Origin: an uncultured Actinomycetota bacterium
GTDB lineage: Bacteria > Actinomycetota > UBA4738 > HRBIN12
Direction: 5' to 3'
Length of the DNA stretch: 64,000 nt
Assembly (NCBI GenBank): GCA_963762015.1
Contig: CAVXJL010000018.1
Span: forward strand, 14,996 to 78,995
The stretch's first letter is position 1, and every line of letters starts with the position of its first letter. The position numbers and the translations under genes are program-made. Of the stretch, positions 47,789-58,118 are shown in pieces. The notes under the pieces were generated by a model. That model did no database searches and was not told the DNA's origin. It worked only from the letters and a program-made list of their open reading frames with translations.

Positions 47789-50064
47789 GTGAGCGTCACA
47801 TCCCCCCTGCTCGACGGCCTCAACGACATCCAGCGAGAAGCCGTCCTTCAGACCGAGGGTCCCGTGCTGATCGTGGCCGGGGCCGGTTCCGGCAAGACCC
47901 GCGCCCTCACCCACCGGATCGCCTACCTGATCCGGGAATGCGGTGTGTCCCCAGGGGAGATCCTGGCGATCACCTTCACCAACAAGGCATCCCGAGAGAT
48001 GGCGGAACGGGTCGGGGAGCTCCTCGGTGGTCCGATCTCCCGGGGCATGTGGGTCCTCACGTTCCATTCGACGTGCGCGCGGATCCTGCGGCGGGAGCAC
48101 GAGCATCTCGGGTGTCCCCTCGAACTTCACGATCTACGACGACGGGGATACGGAACGGCTGATCTCGCGGGATCTCACGGGACATGGACGTCGATCCGAA
48201 GCGCTACCCACCCAAGGCCATCGCTTCCGCGATCGGCAAGGCGAAGGATCGTGTGCTGGGCGCGAAGGAGTTCGCGGAGATGGCTTCGAATCTGTACGAG
48301 GAGACGGTCGCGCGGATCTACATCGAGTACGAGCGCCGGAAGCGCGACGCGGGCGCGCTCGACTTCGACGACCTGATCAGCGAGACGGTCCGACTGTTCC
48401 GCGACCACCCGGAGGTCCTGCAGCACTACCAGGAGCGGTTCCGGTACATCTTGATCGACGAGTACCAGGACACGAACCGTGCGCAATACGAGCTGGTGAA
48501 CATGCTCGCGGCGAAGCACCACAACATCTGCGTCGTCGGAGATGCCGACCAGGGTGTCTACTCCTGGCGAGGCGCGACGATCCAGAACATCCTCGACTTC
48601 GAGCGCGACTACCCCGATGCGGCCGTGTTCCTGATGGAACAGAACTACCGCTCGACGCAGAACATCCTGACCGTCGCCAACGCGCTCATCGAGAACAACA
48701 TCCAGCGCAAGCCGAAGAACCTCTGGACCGAGGCGGGATCCGGGGACAAAGTCGTCCGTGTGCGCGCCAACGACGAGCACAGCGAGGCGTACTTCGTCGC
48801 GCAGGAGGTCGAACGGCTGCGGAGCGAGGAAGCGTTCCGCTACCGGGACGTCGCGATCTTCTATCGAACGAACGCGCAGTCGAGAGTGATCGAGGACGTC
48901 CTGATGCGCGTCGGGATGCCCTACCGCGTCTTCGGAGGGGTGCGCTTCTACCAGCGCAAGGAGATCAAGGACATCCTCGCGTACCTCAGGCTCCTCACCA
49001 ATCCGCAGGACGTGATCTCGTTCCGGCGCGCCGTCAACACGCCGAAGCGAGGGATCGGGGACGCCACCGTGGCCGCGGTGGAGGCGTTCGCGCGCGCGGA
49101 GGACATCGACGTGATGGAGGCGTGCAGTCGGGTGGACGAGATCGCGTCGCTCGCCGCTCGCGCGAAAGGCGCGGTCGCCGGGTTCACCTCGGTGATGACG
49201 GCGATCGCGAGCCATCTCGCCGACGGTGCGGGGCCGGCTCGGATGGTGGAGTTCGCGGCACAGGAGTCGGGCTACCTCGCGGAGCTCGAGGAGCTGCGCA
49301 CGGTCGAGGCGCAGGGTCGGATCGAGAACATCCAGGAGCTGTCGGGCGTGGCGGCCGAGCTGATCGCCCGGGACGAGGATGCCGACCTGGATCAGTTCCT
49401 CGAACAGGTGTCCCTCATCGGCGAGCAGGACGACTACGACGAAGAGGAGTCCTCGGTCACGCTGATGACGCTCCACATCGCCAAGGGTCTCGAGTTCCCC
49501 GCGGTGTTCATCGTGGGGCTCGAGGACGGCATCTTCCCGCACTACCGATCGATGACCGATTCCGCCGAGCTCGAGGAGGAGCGCCGGCTGCTGTACGTGG
49601 GCATCACCCGGGCGCAGAAGCGGCTGTACCTCTGTCACGCGTGGGGCAGGACGTTGTTCGGACAGACGAACTACAACCCGCCGTCTCGGTTCCTGAACGA
49701 GCTCCCGGCGAGCCTGCTCGATGTCCGCGAGGAGGGTGGTGGAGGCGGCCGGGCCCGTCCGGGTGCTCGCGATCCCTCTCGAGGAGGGAGGGCCCGGAGA
49801 ACCGAAGGCGGGTACTCGGTCGTGGGACTCCCCGGCAAGGGCACGGTGGAGATCCCCTCGACGGGATGGAGTCCCCCGCGGGTGCCGAAACGAGAGGTCC
49901 CCTCCGTGTCGGAAGGGGATACCGTCCTGCACGAACGGTGGGGTGAGGGCGTCGTCATCATGGTGAAGGGACTGGGGGAGGACGCCGAGGCCACCATCGC
50001 CTTCTCGGACGCGGGTGAGAAGCGGCTGCTCCTGTCGTACGCGCCGCTCAAGCGCGTCGGCTAG
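47789..50064 (+). pseudogene. pcrA: ATP-dependent DNA helicase PcrA/UvrD, interrupted by two frameshifts near the 5' end
   Basis: Motifs: [27 protein letters not shown] (frame 1); [19 protein letters not shown] (frame 2); [12 protein letters not shown]...LIDEYQDTN...QNYRST...TLHIAKGLEFP...YVGITRA (frame 3, ORF 48184..50064). Switches are near 48112-48115 and 48161-48170. Confidence 0.8.
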
Positions 50065-50067
50065 ACC

Positions 50068-50550
50068 TCAGCCGGGGAACGGGAGGACCCGTGTTCCTCG
50101 CGACGGATCCCACGAGATCACGGTCTTCGGCTCCGCGAACGAGATGAAGCCCGCCGACTCGACCTCGATCGAGAACGCGTGGAAGTTCGGTTCGTCCGGC
50201 GCCCAGTCGATGCGCTCCTTCACGGCGTCCCGGTAGGTCGTGCGCAGCTCCGGATCCTGCACGTCGACCGCGCGGGCGTAGATCTTCGCGTCCCCCTCGG
50301 TGCCCATCCGGTCCGTGGTGCATGTGTGGACGACGCACCGCGGATCCCGGAGGAGGTCGAGTGCCTTCCGGCTCTGCCACATCATCCCCAAGATCAGGTG
50401 GCCCGCTGCGAAGTCGAGCTCGCACGGGCTGATCCGGGGCGAACCGTTCGCACGGAGCGTGCCCAGCATGCAGAGCTCCTGCGCGCGGAAGCGTTGCGCG
50501 GCCGGGTCGGCGATCTCGGGACACGCGTCGGCGAACTCGTCCCAGCGCAT
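50068..50550 (-). CDS. pyridoxamine 5'-phosphate oxidase family protein
   Basis: 160 aa. LCMLGTLRANGSPRISPCE...W...GDAKIYARAV pattern typical of the PPOX-class split-barrel FMN/F420-binding fold. Confidence 0.6.
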   Translation of the reverse strand: MRWDEFADACPEIADPAAQRFRAQELCMLGTLRANGSPRISPCELDFAAGHLILGMMWQSRKALDLLRDPRCVVHTCTTDRMGTEGDAKIYARAVDVQDPELRTTYRDAVKERIDWAPDEPNFHAFSIEVESAGFISFAEPKTVISWDPSRGTRVLPFPG

Positions 50551-50568
50551 GTGCTCGAGCCTACGGGT

Positions 50569-52020
50569 TCATGTCGACAGACGGTCGAGCACGTTCCTCG
50601 TGATCCGAACGACGTCGGGATCGTTGCCCTCGATCCCGTAGGTCCAGTCGGTGCAGCCGGCGTTGAAGACCGTGCCGCCGCCGGGAACGTTGAAGGAGCC
50701 GACGACCGCGTGATTGTGGGCGATCCGATGGACCTGGAGCTGCCAGTCGTCGCCGAACAGGGCCATCGCCACGTGCTCGAGCTCGCCCGGCTCGTGGGCG
50801 TACCGCGAGGGCTGCTCGTCCTGCGACCAGAGCTTCGCCGGCGCGATGGCGAGCACCTCCAGGGTGTCGGGAACTCCGTCCATGTGCGTGGGAACCGGCA
50901 GTCCATCGGTCATGGCGAGTTCGCACCCGTCGACCTCGTAGCCGACGATCGCATCGGAGAGGCCGAGCGCGTCTCCGTACCGGAGTCCGGTTCCCTCGAA
51001 CGCCCAGTGATCGGGTCGCGAGACGGTGTAGGCGCCGGATGCGCGGGGCACACCGAGTCCGTACCTGGAGTAGCCGCCCCGAGCGAACGACAGCCCGGTC
51101 ATCGCGGCCTCCGGCCTTGCGATCCGGCGGTCGGCCCACGCGCCGGTGAGGAAGCGCTCATCGGGCGTCCCGAGCACGGGGTCCTCGTTCGCTCGGTACT
51201 TGAAGCAGGTCATGGCGTCGCCCTCGAAGCGGACCTGCCACCAGCAGGTGTTGCCGCTGAAGAACGCCGCGTTCCCGCCGCCGGCGAGGAACCCTTCCGC
51301 GGCGTCGCGCATCTCCCACGACCAGTACTCGTCGTGCCCGACCGAGAGGAACAGCCGATGGCCGTTGAGGACCTCGGGATGCTCCGCCAGATCCTGCGAC
51401 ACGGCGACGTCGATCGCCATGCCCTCGCGCTCGGCCCACGCGACGAACGGCCGCTCCCAGGTCCACCAGCCCGAGCCTCCGCTCCAGGGAGACAGGTCGT
51501 GTTCCTCGGCCCACGCGAAGTACCCGAGCGCTTCGCGGTCGGGCAGGGCCTGCGCCTTCCGCACGGCCGGCTCCGGCTTGTCCAGGAAACCCCGAGCCAA
51601 CGGACGTGCGAAGGACACCCGTGTGCCGCCCGTGTAGAGGGACGGCCCGCCCCAGTCGTTGTAGGCGTTGTACGTGGCCGTCGAAAGGACCAGGAGGATG
51701 GGAGCGGGGTCGTGTTGCGGGCGGACGACGAAGAACGCGTCCGCACGCTCCTCTCCGGAGGAGAGCGTGACCGCGTAGTAGCCGGATCGCCAGTTCTCGC
51801 CCACCGGGATCGTGAGCGCGGCCGGCCACCCACAGCCGTCGGCGGACGCGGTCGCCGGGATCGGATGCTCCGATCCGGCGACCGCGTCCGCCCCCCACAC
51901 GACGACGCGGTCGCCGCCTTCGCGGGCGATCTCCACACCGAAGGGACCGGTGGACGAGACGTGGAGGGCGATCTCCTCGCCGGGGAGAGCGCTCTGGGGC
52001 CAGCAGTAGCCTTCGAGCAA
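50569..52020 (-). CDS. N,N-dimethylformamidase large-subunit-like (DUF6605-type) protein
   Basis: 483 aa. [19 protein letters not shown]...SGYYAVTL...[20 protein letters not shown] resembles this family from memory. The long antisense ORF 50179..52320 was rejected. Confidence 0.55.
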   Translation of the reverse strand: MLEGYCWPQSALPGEEIALHVSSTGPFGVEIAREGGDRVVVWGADAVAGSEHPIPATASADGCGWPAALTIPVGENWRSGYYAVTLSSGEERADAFFVVRPQHDPAPILLVLSTATYNAYNDWGGPSLYTGGTRVSFARPLARGFLDKPEPAVRKAQALPDREALGYFAWAEEHDLSPWSGGSGWWTWERPFVAWAEREGMAIDVAVSQDLAEHPEVLNGHRLFLSVGHDEYWSWEMRDAAEGFLAGGGNAAFFSGNTCWWQVRFEGDAMTCFKYRANEDPVLGTPDERFLTGAWADRRIARPEAAMTGLSFARGGYSRYGLGVPRASGAYTVSRPDHWAFEGTGLRYGDALGLSDAIVGYEVDGCELAMTDGLPVPTHMDGVPDTLEVLAIAPAKLWSQDEQPSRYAHEPGELEHVAMALFGDDWQLQVHRIAHNHAVVGSFNVPGGGTVFNAGCTDWTYGIEGNDPDVVRITRNVLDRLST

Positions 52021-52027
52021 CGGGTTC

Positions 52028-52192
52028 CTACCGGGTCAGGAGCAGCAGTCCGGCGACGAGGATCCCGATGCCGGCGACCAGTGGGGCGACGACCCAGGCG
52101 AACCCGAGCCGGCCGCGGTAGGGCCCGAGCGTTCCCACCTTCGTCGTGGGCTTCAGGCCGGGAGGACGGAACTGCACGCGCTTGCGAGCCAC
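52028..52192 (-). CDS. possible small membrane protein (54 aa), not in ORF track
   Basis: From GTG 52192: [54 protein letters not shown]. One C-terminal TM helix, with correct codon bias by eye. No homology claim. Confidence 0.3.
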   Translation of the reverse strand: MARKRVQFRPPGLKPTTKVGTLGPYRGRLGFAWVVAPLVAGIGILVAGLLLLTR

Positions 52193-52197
52193 GGACG

Positions 52198-52224
52198 GAG
52201 TCTAGCGAGCCGCTCGATAGACTC
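52198..52224. promoter_or_regulatory. 27-bp near-perfect palindrome in divergent intergenic region (candidate operator)
   Basis: GAGTCTAGCGAGC-c-GCTCGATAGACTC: 13-nt arms with one mismatch, ending 8 nt before ATG 52232. Confidence 0.3.
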
Positions 52225-52231
52225 GAGTGCG

Positions 52232-52633
52232 ATGGCAGAGAAGCTCAGGGTGATCGTCGCGAAGCCGGGTCTCGACGGGCACGACCGCGGCGCCAAGGTC
52301 GTGGCCCGCGCCCTGCGTGACGCAGGCTTCGAGGTGATCTACACGGGTCTGTTCCAGACGCCCGAGCAGATCGCCGAGGCGGCGATCCAGGAGGACGCGG
52401 ACGCGGTCGGTCTCTCGTGCCACTCCGGCGCCCATATGACCCTGTTCCCCAAGGTCGTGAAGGAGCTTCGCGCGCGAGGGGCGGACGACGTCGTCGTGGT
52501 CGCGGGTGGCGTGATCCCGGCGGACGACATCCCCAAGCTGAAGGAGGCCGGCATCGAGGCCGTCTTCACCCCGGGAGCGAACACGGGCGACATCGCGTCG
52601 TGGCTTCGCGATCGGCTCGGGGCGAAGGCCTAG
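52232..52633 (+). CDS. cobalamin (B12)-binding domain protein, methylmalonyl-CoA-mutase C-terminal-domain type
   Basis: 133 aa. [34 protein letters not shown] contains the DxHxxG B12-binding motif, followed by ...GGVIPADD. Confidence 0.85.
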   Translation: MAEKLRVIVAKPGLDGHDRGAKVVARALRDAGFEVIYTGLFQTPEQIAEAAIQEDADAVGLSCHSGAHMTLFPKVVKELRARGADDVVVVAGGVIPADDIPKLKEAGIEAVFTPGANTGDIASWLRDRLGAKA

Positions 52634-52659
52634 CAGGGGCCGCGAGGGACCCCCCACGG

Positions 52660-53802
52660 ATGGACCTCTACGAGCACATGGGCAAGGACCTGTTCCGTGC
52701 CCACGGCATGGACACGCCGCGAGGCATCGTCGTGTTCAGCTCGGCGGATGCCGCCTCGGCGACCGACGAGCTGGGCGGACGCTCGGTGGTGAAGATCCAG
52801 GTGCAGGTCGGGGGTCGCGGCAAGGGCGGCGGCGTCGAGCTCTGCGATACGCCGGAGGCTGCTGCCGCGGCCGCCGACCGGATGCTCGGCAGCGACTTCA
52901 AGGGCTTCCCCGTGACGCGCGTCCTCGTCGAAGAGCTCTTGCCGATCGCGCGCGAGTTCTACACCTCGCTTCTGCTGGACCGGGCACGTGGCGACTACCT
53001 CGCGATGATGACGGCGGAGGGCGGGGTGGACATCGAGGAGCTCGCTCGGACCCGGCCGGAGGCGCTTCGGCGCGTGCACATCGACCCGATGCTCGGGCTG
53101 CGCGCATATCACGTCCGCGAGCTGATCGGGACGCTTCCGGTCGAGGCCTGGGAGGGAGCGGCGGATGCGCTTCGGAAGATGTACGAACTCCTCGTGGAGC
53201 GCGACGCGACGCTCGTCGAAGTCAACCCGCTCGTCCTCCTGGAGGATGACCGCGTCGTGGCGCTCGACGCGAAGGTGACGATCGACGACAACGCGCTCTG
53301 GCGACATCCGGACATCGCCGAGCTGGCCGAGCAGTTCCCGATCGACGAGGTGGAGGCCCGCGCCAAGGAGAAGGGCCTGCAGTACGTGAAGCTCGACGGG
53401 GACGTCGGGATCATCGGCAACGGTGCCGGGCTCGTGATGTCGACGCTCGACGTGGTGGCGCAGGCGGGAGCGCGCGCCGCCAACTTCCTCGACGTCGGAG
53501 GCGGTGCCTCCGCCGATCAGATGGCGACCTCGTTGGAGGTCGTTCTCTCCGACCCGGCCGTGAAGGTCGTGCTCGTGAACATCTTCGGAGGGATCACGCG
53601 CTGCGACCTCGTCGCCCAGGGGATCCTGGAAGCGTTGGAGCGGATCGAGGCCCGCGTCCCCATCGTGGTGCGGCTCGACGGGACCAACGCGGAGGACGGT
53701 CGTCGGATCCTTGCGGACGCCGCGCATCCCAAGATCGTCCCCGCCGCCAACATGCTCGAGGCGGCCGAAGAGGCCGCCGACCTCGCGGGAGCGAACCCAT
53801 GA
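52660..53802 (+). CDS. sucC: succinate--CoA ligase (ADP-forming) beta subunit
   Basis: Track ORF 52417..53802 trimmed to ATG 52660 ([16 protein letters not shown]). [27 protein letters not shown]. Confidence 0.9.
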   Translation: MDLYEHMGKDLFRAHGMDTPRGIVVFSSADAASATDELGGRSVVKIQVQVGGRGKGGGVELCDTPEAAAAAADRMLGSDFKGFPVTRVLVEELLPIAREFYTSLLLDRARGDYLAMMTAEGGVDIEELARTRPEALRRVHIDPMLGLRAYHVRELIGTLPVEAWEGAADALRKMYELLVERDATLVEVNPLVLLEDDRVVALDAKVTIDDNALWRHPDIAELAEQFPIDEVEARAKEKGLQYVKLDGDVGIIGNGAGLVMSTLDVVAQAGARAANFLDVGGGASADQMATSLEVVLSDPAVKVVLVNIFGGITRCDLVAQGILEALERIEARVPIVVRLDGTNAEDGRRILADAAHPKIVPAANMLEAAEEAADLAGANP

Positions 53803-54668
53803 GCATCCTCGTCGACGAACGAACGACCCTCGTCGTCCAGGGGATCACGGGGAACGAAGGCACGTTCCACACACTCCGAAACCGTGACTACGGCACGAAC
53901 GTCGTCGCCGGGGTCACTCCGGGGAAGGGCGGGCAGGACGTGGAGGGGATCCCCGTCTTCGACACCGTCGCCCGTGCGGTGGCGGAGACCGGCGCCGACA
54001 CGTCGATGATCTTCGTCCCGCCGCGCTTCGCCGCCGAGGCCATCCTGGAGGCGGCCGACGCCGGTGTTGGGTTGGTGGTGTGCATCACCGAGGGGATCCC
54101 CGTCCGCGACATGGCGAACGTTCGCAGCTACCTCGAGTCGTCGAAGACGAGGCTCGTCGGGCCCAACTGCCCCGGCGTGATCTCACCGGGCGCGGTCAAC
54201 GTGGGGATCATCCCCGGAGAGATCTGCGCCCCGGGCGCCGTCGGGCTCGTGTCCAGGAGCGGCACCCTCGTCTATCAGATCGTGCACGAGCTCACGCAAC
54301 GCGGTATCGGTCAGTCCACCTGCGTGGGCATGGGCGGCGATCCCATCCACGGGATCGGGTTCGTCGAGGCGCTGAAGCTCTTCCAGGCCGACGCGGCGAC
54401 CGAGGTGATCGTGCTGACGGGCGAGATCGGCGGTGACGACGAGGAACGAGCAGCGGCGTTCATCGCCGAGGAGGTGACGAAGCCCGTCGTCGGCTACATC
54501 GCAGGGTTCGAGGCCCCGCCCGGCAAGCGGATGGGTCACGCCGGCGCGATCGTGACCGGGTCCTCCGGCACCGCGGCGGCCAAGGCCGAGGCGCTCGAGG
54601 CCGTCGGCGCCGCGGTCGCGCGGAACCCGTCCGAGGTGGCGGACCTTGTCGCGGAGCGCTTGGGATGA
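53799..54668 (+). CDS. sucD: succinate--CoA ligase alpha subunit
   Basis: 289 aa. [20 protein letters not shown], and the phosphohistidine loop GHAGAIV. ATGA overlap with sucC. Confidence 0.95.
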   Translation: MSILVDERTTLVVQGITGNEGTFHTLRNRDYGTNVVAGVTPGKGGQDVEGIPVFDTVARAVAETGADTSMIFVPPRFAAEAILEAADAGVGLVVCITEGIPVRDMANVRSYLESSKTRLVGPNCPGVISPGAVNVGIIPGEICAPGAVGLVSRSGTLVYQIVHELTQRGIGQSTCVGMGGDPIHGIGFVEALKLFQADAATEVIVLTGEIGGDDEERAAAFIAEEVTKPVVGYIAGFEAPPGKRMGHAGAIVTGSSGTAAAKAEALEAVGAAVARNPSEVADLVAERLG

Positions 54669-55903
54669 CGACCGAGGCGCTCCCGGTTCGTCCGGGGGCG
54701 CCCGTCGCCGGAAGGGCGCTCGGCGTTGCGGCGTTCGGCGGAGCTGTCTCCTTCGGCGCGCTGGTCGTGCTGTGTCAGGCGCTCGCCCTCGCGCAGTATC
54801 TGCTGGTCGGTGGGTTCGGGCTGTGGTCGTGGGCAAAGATCGGACTGCTCACGACTCTTCTTTCCGTCCGGGCCGACTTGATCGCAACGCTGCAGGGCGC
54901 TCCCAGCTTCCGGATCGCGACGCGATCGGAAACCCTCCAGTTACGGGTGGTACCGATGCTGCTGACGATCGGATTCCTCTGGTTGGCGGCGCGTACCGGT
55001 CGACGCGCCGCGCGAGCGAGACGCGGCGGAAGCCCCCTGGTCGCGACCGGTCTCGCGGCGGTCGGCGCCGCGATCCCGGTCGCGATCCTCGCCGCGGTCT
55101 GTTCGAGCCTGGTCACCCTCGTCTTCCCTTCCCTCGGACTCCGGCTCGAAGTCGACGTGCTCAGCGGCGCGCTCTGGGCGGGGGGTTTGGCCGCGGTCGG
55201 CGCGGGGACGGGCGCGTACCTGGAGGCGACGGGCGCCCGCGCGGCCGCGGCTGTGGTCCGAGGTGGGCTGACCGCGTACGGCCTGGCGATCGGGCTTCTG
55301 GTCATCGGTGTGTTCGTGCTCGCGACCCTCGAGCCCACCGTGACCCGAGCCTACGCCGACGAAGTCAACGGTCTGGGCGCTTCCGGTGGTGCGCTCTTGG
55401 GCCTCCACCTGCTCGCGTTCCCGGCGCAGAGCGCTTTACTGCTCGCGCCGGCTTCGGGCTCCTGCCTGGAGATCGTCGGAGACGGTCCGATGGTCGACCT
55501 CTGCCCGTGGCGCCTGGCCGCATCGGGCCCCGCGGGCGACGCCTTCTTCCCGGCGCCCCTGGCGTTGTCTCCCGCGTTCTGGCTCCTGAGCGCCGTTCCT
55601 GCGATCGCGGCGATGCTCGGCGGCGGTCGAGCCGTGTCCGAAGCGTTGGCCGGCGGCCGGCGCGCCCTCGGCCTCGGGCTCGCCGCGGGGTCGGTATTCG
55701 CGATGCTCGTGGTGATCGGAGCTTGGTTCGCCGCTCCCGTGCTCACCGCGATCGTCGTTCCCGTCCAGATCTCGATCCACCCTGCCTGGTGGTCCACGGC
55801 GATCACTGCGTTGACCTGGGGAGCAGGTGGGGGAGCGGTCGGCGGGTGGCTCGCCGCCCGGCGCTACGCCGAGCCGGAGCTTCCGAGACCGACCTCGGCG
55901 TAG
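54665..55903 (+). CDS. polytopic membrane protein, PerM/DUF6350-like by position
   Basis: 412 aa, about 10 or more TM segments, Ala/Gly/Leu-rich. It sits between sucD and purN, where Mycobacterium carries perM. The call is based on synteny and topology only. Confidence 0.45.
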   Translation: MTTEALPVRPGAPVAGRALGVAAFGGAVSFGALVVLCQALALAQYLLVGGFGLWSWAKIGLLTTLLSVRADLIATLQGAPSFRIATRSETLQLRVVPMLLTIGFLWLAARTGRRAARARRGGSPLVATGLAAVGAAIPVAILAAVCSSLVTLVFPSLGLRLEVDVLSGALWAGGLAAVGAGTGAYLEATGARAAAAVVRGGLTAYGLAIGLLVIGVFVLATLEPTVTRAYADEVNGLGASGGALLGLHLLAFPAQSALLLAPASGSCLEIVGDGPMVDLCPWRLAASGPAGDAFFPAPLALSPAFWLLSAVPAIAAMLGGGRAVSEALAGGRRALGLGLAAGSVFAMLVVIGAWFAAPVLTAIVVPVQISIHPAWWSTAITALTWGAGGGAVGGWLAARRYAEPELPRPTSA

Positions 55904-56562
55904 TTCGACTCGATCGTCGTGAAGCGACGCCACGCTTCGGCCCACCCAGCGTCGTCCCTTGGGAACCGCTCCAGGGGTCGGGAGGGATCTGTCCGCAGCC
56001 AGATCCCGAAGAACGTCCGTCCGTACCCGAGCAGGTAGTCCGATCCCGAATGGGTGTACTGGAGGACCTGGTTGTCCGATGGGTCGGGCGCGGGAGCCGA
56101 TTGCGGTGGTGTGCCCATCGGTGCGCTTTCCGGCGCCGCGGGCGACGCGACGGGTTGCTGACCTCCCGATCCGACCTGCTGATGGTTCGGCTCGAGGCTC
56201 ACGAAGCGGATCCAGGCGCTCCGCCAGCCGTCGTCGGTCCGCGGGAACCTCTCGACCGGGGCACCCGGAGCCTGCCGATCCCAGATGCCGAAGCTGTCCG
56301 CCACATAGCCGAGCACGTAACGGAACCCGGAGTGCGTGTACTGCGCTGGATCGGAGGGAGATCCCGCCGGAGGGCTCGTCGCTGCGGGGGCAGCCGAGGA
56401 CGGTGGCTCCGCGAGGGAAGGTGAAGCCGTGGACGCGGCGCCGGGAGTCTCGGGCCGCTGGTGCATCGCAGTTTCGGTGTCGGTCCGGAGGTCGCTGAAG
56501 CAGTATCGGCACTTGATCGCGTCGTCCTGGATCTCCTCGGCGCAGTAGGGGCACTTCTTCAC
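55864..56562 (-). CDS. zinc-ribbon protein with duplicated C-terminal domain (hypothetical)
   Basis: Track ORF 55864..57201 trimmed to GTG 56562 (RBS AAAGGGA). [21 protein letters not shown] zinc ribbon, a Pro/Ser linker, then two copies of a roughly 55-aa module YTHSG..Y.LGY...FGIW.R.....P.ERFPR.D.GW..AW..F. Confidence 0.55.
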   Translation of the reverse strand: MKKCPYCAEEIQDDAIKCRYCFSDLRTDTETAMHQRPETPGAASTASPSLAEPPSSAAPAATSPPAGSPSDPAQYTHSGFRYVLGYVADSFGIWDRQAPGAPVERFPRTDDGWRSAWIRFVSLEPNHQQVGSGGQQPVASPAAPESAPMGTPPQSAPAPDPSDNQVLQYTHSGSDYLLGYGRTFFGIWLRTDPSRPLERFPRDDAGWAEAWRRFTTIESNYAEVGLGSSGSA

Positions 56563-56634
56563 GATCGATCCCTTTCTCGATTCTTGGCCCGCTATGTGGC
56601 CGGTATCACAAGAGCGAAAGGCTACCCCGAAAAA

Positions 56635-56664
56635 GAAGAGGCGGGCCCGCAGGCCCGCCTCTTC
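56635..56664 (-). terminator. rho-independent terminator for 56685..57305 (minus strand)
   Basis: GAAGAGGCGGGCC-CGCA-GGCCCGCCTCTTC, a perfect 13-bp stem. On the minus strand it is followed by TTTTTC. Confidence 0.7.
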
Positions 56665-56684
56665 GAAGGTGATGTGGTGAGCTG

Positions 56685-57305
56685 CTACATGTCCGACGAG
56701 CCTGACGGCGGCATCCCGCCGCTCGGCGGGGGATCGCTCGGCGGCATGCCGCCGCCGGGCGGAGGCGCGCTCGGCGGTGGGCTGCTCGGCGGCGTTCCGC
56801 CACCCATCGTCCCGCCACCCATCGTTCCGCCACCGGTGTCGCCCATCTGGAAGCCGCCGCTGGATTGCACCTTCTGCCAGGCGCCGTATCCGATCGCGAC
56901 CAGCAGCACGAGGCCGACGAAGGAGGCCCATCCCGGCGAGTTCGTCAGGACGAGGAGGAACTTCAAGAGCCCGAACGCCGCCACGCCGAGGCCCAGGAAG
57001 CCAAGGATCTTGTCCGACGACATCCCGCCCATGTTCAGGCTCGCCGAGCCCGTCATGGAGAGCACGCCGAGGACGATGAGAGCGATGGCGCCGAGACCCA
57101 TGAGGACGCCGAAGATGCTCCCGCTGCCCTGCCATGCGGACACCGAGCCGACGCACACGTTGCCGCCCAACGGTCCCAGATCGGCACAGAACTTCTGCCA
57201 AGGGAGGAAGCTATCGATGAGGAGCAGGATGCTGCCTCCCGCAAGCAGCTTCTCTGCGGTCGACATCTTCGAGATGTCGAAGCCGGACGAGCCTGAACCT
57301 TCCAT
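56685..57305 (-). CDS. membrane protein with Gly/Pro-rich C-terminal tail (hypothetical)
   Basis: 206 aa with four hydrophobic segments and a tail [49 protein letters not shown]. No family recognised. Confidence 0.5.
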   Translation of the reverse strand: MEGSGSSGFDISKMSTAEKLLAGGSILLLIDSFLPWQKFCADLGPLGGNVCVGSVSAWQGSGSIFGVLMGLGAIALIVLGVLSMTGSASLNMGGMSSDKILGFLGLGVAAFGLLKFLLVLTNSPGWASFVGLVLLVAIGYGAWQKVQSSGGFQMGDTGGGTMGGGTMGGGTPPSSPPPSAPPPGGGMPPSDPPPSGGMPPSGSSDM

Positions 57306-57383
57306 CTACTGCTCCTTTCAGCTGCCGCGCGCTCGCGCGGCCGGGCGCTTCTCTACGTATCCAAGAGGCGCCCGGTGCCCGAG

Positions 57384-58118
57384 TCAAACACCCTGCCCCG
57401 GACGGGCTCCCATGACGACGTTCGTGATCCCGCCGGCCGCGGCGATCGTTCCGCCCACGACGGCGACCCACGGGCCCCACGAGGCGACCTGGAACGTCGG
57501 CGGGAACGCGATCGCCAGTGCCGAGGCAGCGGCGACCGCCGTGCCGCCCACGATCGCGATCGTCGCCCCCGGACGAGCTTCATGGCGGTGGAACCACCAC
57601 ACCACGGGCAACAGGATGGCCGCCGCCATGGCGGCCCCCATCGACCATCGGAAGCTCGGGACCCACGCGCCGAACATGCGGTCGCCGGCGCCCGTCCTCG
57701 TCCAGGGACCGGCCGTCGCGAGCAGGGCCAGGGCGGCACCGGCGACCCCCAGCCACGAACCCACCAGCGTTCGGTCGGGCTCCGGAGGCGTCGTGATCGC
57801 GGGATCGCCCAGTTCCGCGGCGAGGCACTCGGGACCGAGCACGCGGCCCCGCACGGGTACCGCGCAGGCCATGCAGACGGGCTCCTCACACGCGCTGCAT
57901 CGCGCGACCGCCGGCCTGCCCGGATGATGGATGCACCGCTCGTGCAGCAATTCGTTGCTGACGGCGTCCTCGCCCGCAGGTCGCTCGTCCGGCGGCTCGG
58001 GAGCGGCTATGCCCGCGTCCGGGTGCTGCGGTGATAGCTCTTGGGCCCGTTCCTCGGCTTCCACGCCGATAGCGTACGGCTTGCGTCCACGGCCCCTCTG
58101 GTAGCGTGCCGCGTCCAT
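57384..58118 (-). CDS. B-box-type zinc-finger membrane protein (hypothetical)
   Basis: 244 aa. CIHHPGRPAVARCSACEEPVCMACAV Cys/His cluster followed by 4-5 TM segments. The annotated ATG (58118) overlaps the purN ATG (58117) in CATG, so the true start may be internal. Confidence 0.45.
   Translation of the reverse strand: MDAARYQRGRGRKPYAIGVEAEERAQELSPQHPDAGIAAPEPPDERPAGEDAVSNELLHERCIHHPGRPAVARCSACEEPVCMACAVPVRGRVLGPECLAAELGDPAITTPPEPDRTLVGSWLGVAGAALALLATAGPWTRTGAGDRMFGAWVPSFRWSMGAAMAAAILLPVVWWFHRHEARPGATIAIVGGTAVAAASALAIAFPPTFQVASWGPWVAVVGGTIAAAGGITNVVMGARPGQGV

Noticed and set aside
50179-52320. 713-aa plus-strand ORF
   Set aside because: It is antisense to the PPOX-family and DMFase-like genes and runs into the B12-binding gene in another frame. 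Its composition is Arg/Gly/Pro-rich with no motifs.
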